A stretch of 64,000 nucleotides of DNA from Schmidtea polychroa (Eukaryota): the NCBI GenBank assembly GCA_044892525.1, contig CM097885.1, positions 33,606,001-33,670,000 on the forward strand, read 5' to 3'. A program made the position numbers and the translations under genes. Shown here piece by piece: positions 62,388 through 64,000 of this stretch; within the stretch, counting starts at the first letter, position 1; each line of letters begins with the position of its first letter. The notes beneath the pieces are model-generated. The model worked only from the letters and a program-made list of their open reading frames with translations. It searched no databases and had not been told where the DNA came from.

Positions 62388-62871
62388 AAAATAATTTTAA
62401 AAATGTAAAAACTCTTTCCACAAAACTGGCTGTAATTTTAAAAATTAATAATTTTAATAATTGGATCATTTTCAAGATAATCAGAGCCAAATTCTTATAA
62501 ATTTCTACAAAAAAAAATTAATAATTTCTACTTAAATTATAATTATGATGATTTTTGAAATATAAGATCGAATCAAAATTTTAAAAGATAATTGTTTCAT
62601 TTACTAAAATCATTTCGCGTTGAATTTATCAAAAAAAATTGTTTCAAAAATCTACATAAGAAAATTATAAACAAATATTTCATGAAGATAAAGTATATTA
62701 TTTTTTTTGTATAAATATAAAATAAATGAAAAAACCAAATAATACATATAATAACGAATATGGTAATAATCAAATAATAAAACGTATAAAGTGAAATAGA
62801 AAAATAAAACTTATTTTATTTAAATAAAAACATAAACTTCCGAAAGCACCTTAAAATAGTTTTAAAAAAAC

Positions 62872-63512
62872 ATGGCGACTATAATTACATATCTAAAAAA
62901 TTAAATTAAAAGTAAAATTACAAAGTAACTCAAAACAAATAAAGAAATTTATAGAAAGCTTAAACCGAAATGTTTATTATTCGTGACAGAGGATATTAAA
63001 AATATGGATACAAAATGACCAATTTTATCATAAAAAGCTATGTCACTCTGGACTCATAAAAGTTTATAAATATGTATCGAATAATTGTTCTATGAAAAGT
63101 ATGAGAAAAATGATACAAGGTGTGATTCAAGTTTGTAAAAATTGGCAAAAACGAAAAGCTCCAACAACTCAAACAAAATAGAAAATATACAAAATACCAG
63201 AAACAATATATATTGATTTTTGTGGGCCACTAAGCAAAACACAATATGGAATGAAGTTTATTTTTGGCATTATTGATAGATTGAGCAAGAATGTTTCGCT
63301 ACATGCAGTAAAATCACAAGATAAGAATACAGTTACTTCAATTTTGAAAAAAGGCTGCAAATTAAAATACAAATAACAAGGAGGATGATTAATATTTTGG
63401 GCCTGCGGAAGTCATCAAACAAGTTCACAATAGAAGTAATGATCTGCAATTAGAAAATGGGAAACAAATTAAAGGTAACATTGAATAGTTAATGCATTTT
63501 AAACGAGGGGAT
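62872..63512 (+). mobile_element. Gypsy remnant of the same group
   Basis: PBS-like TGGCGAC, integrase fragment DFCGPL..FGIIDRLSKNVSLHAVKSQD and PPT-like AAACGAGGGGGA. Confidence 0.65.
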
Positions 63513-63849
63513 ATACGTATATATTTAAAAAATTAAATATTAACTTAAAGATTAATTATATAAATTATTTTTAAAATAGTATTTTAAAATTAATATTTTA
63601 AATGTATATTTTAAAATGTTAAATGTTTATAAAAATAAAATAATAAATTTAGTATGTTGATGTGAATGAAATGTATGAAGATTGAAATATGTCATTCTGA
63701 AAATATCAATATTTGACAATAGAAAAACTCAAATATATTGTGTTTTAATAGTACGTTGCATTATCCAATACTATCAGGATTCTTCTCTTTTCTTTTAAAA
63801 GCTTCTCATTGAACTTGGTACACCATATTTAAACTAAAATTATTTTTTA

Positions 63850-63999
63850 CGAAAGGTGGTCTTAACGAGAGGGGTGGTCCTATTATGGAGGGTTATTTGT
63901 CCCAGTAAACTACTGTGTAAATTTGGTTCCGAAGAAAAAGAGGTCTTAACTAGAGGTGGTCTCTTTAGGGAGGTGGTCTTAAGTAGAGGTTTTACTGTA
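63850..63999. mobile_element. Right end of a pogo/Tigger-like DNA transposon
   Basis: Repeated GAGGTGGTCTT subterminal motifs ending GAGGTTTTACTG|TA. Confidence 0.65.
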
Positions 64000-64000
64000 T

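Overview
AT-rich eukaryotic DNA, inferred to be invertebrate and planarian-like from the (AAT)n tracts and ~40-50 nt introns. It is almost entirely layered mobile DNA around one intact host gene, an intronless peptide-receptor-type GPCR (11532-12614). It holds four Polinton/Maverick (adintovirus)-related units. (A) 1-8522 is a nearly intact virion cassette: MCP, penton, adenain protease, A32 ATPase and a ZnF-PLA2-integrase fusion, with candidate ncRNAs beside MCP. (B) 8629-9639 is a TIR-derived MITE. (C) 15883-29577 is a 13.7-kb non-autonomous element with AGT ends and a 6-bp TSD. It has no core genes but carries a spliced IAP-type RING gene, a dispersed promoter-like module, a 2.9-kb palindrome and nested tandem arrays, and it sits inside a piggyBac inside a Tigger. 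(D) 35079-48371 is a decayed Polinton with pPolB, two pentons, an intron-containing integrase, an ATPase and a TATA-binding-protein homologue. Also present: Gypsy LTR elements in (AAT)n tracts, hAT and Tigger remnants, Penelope-type hairpins with minimal hammerhead motifs, and an actin pseudogene. All protein calls are by-eye motif recognition; no database searches were run.
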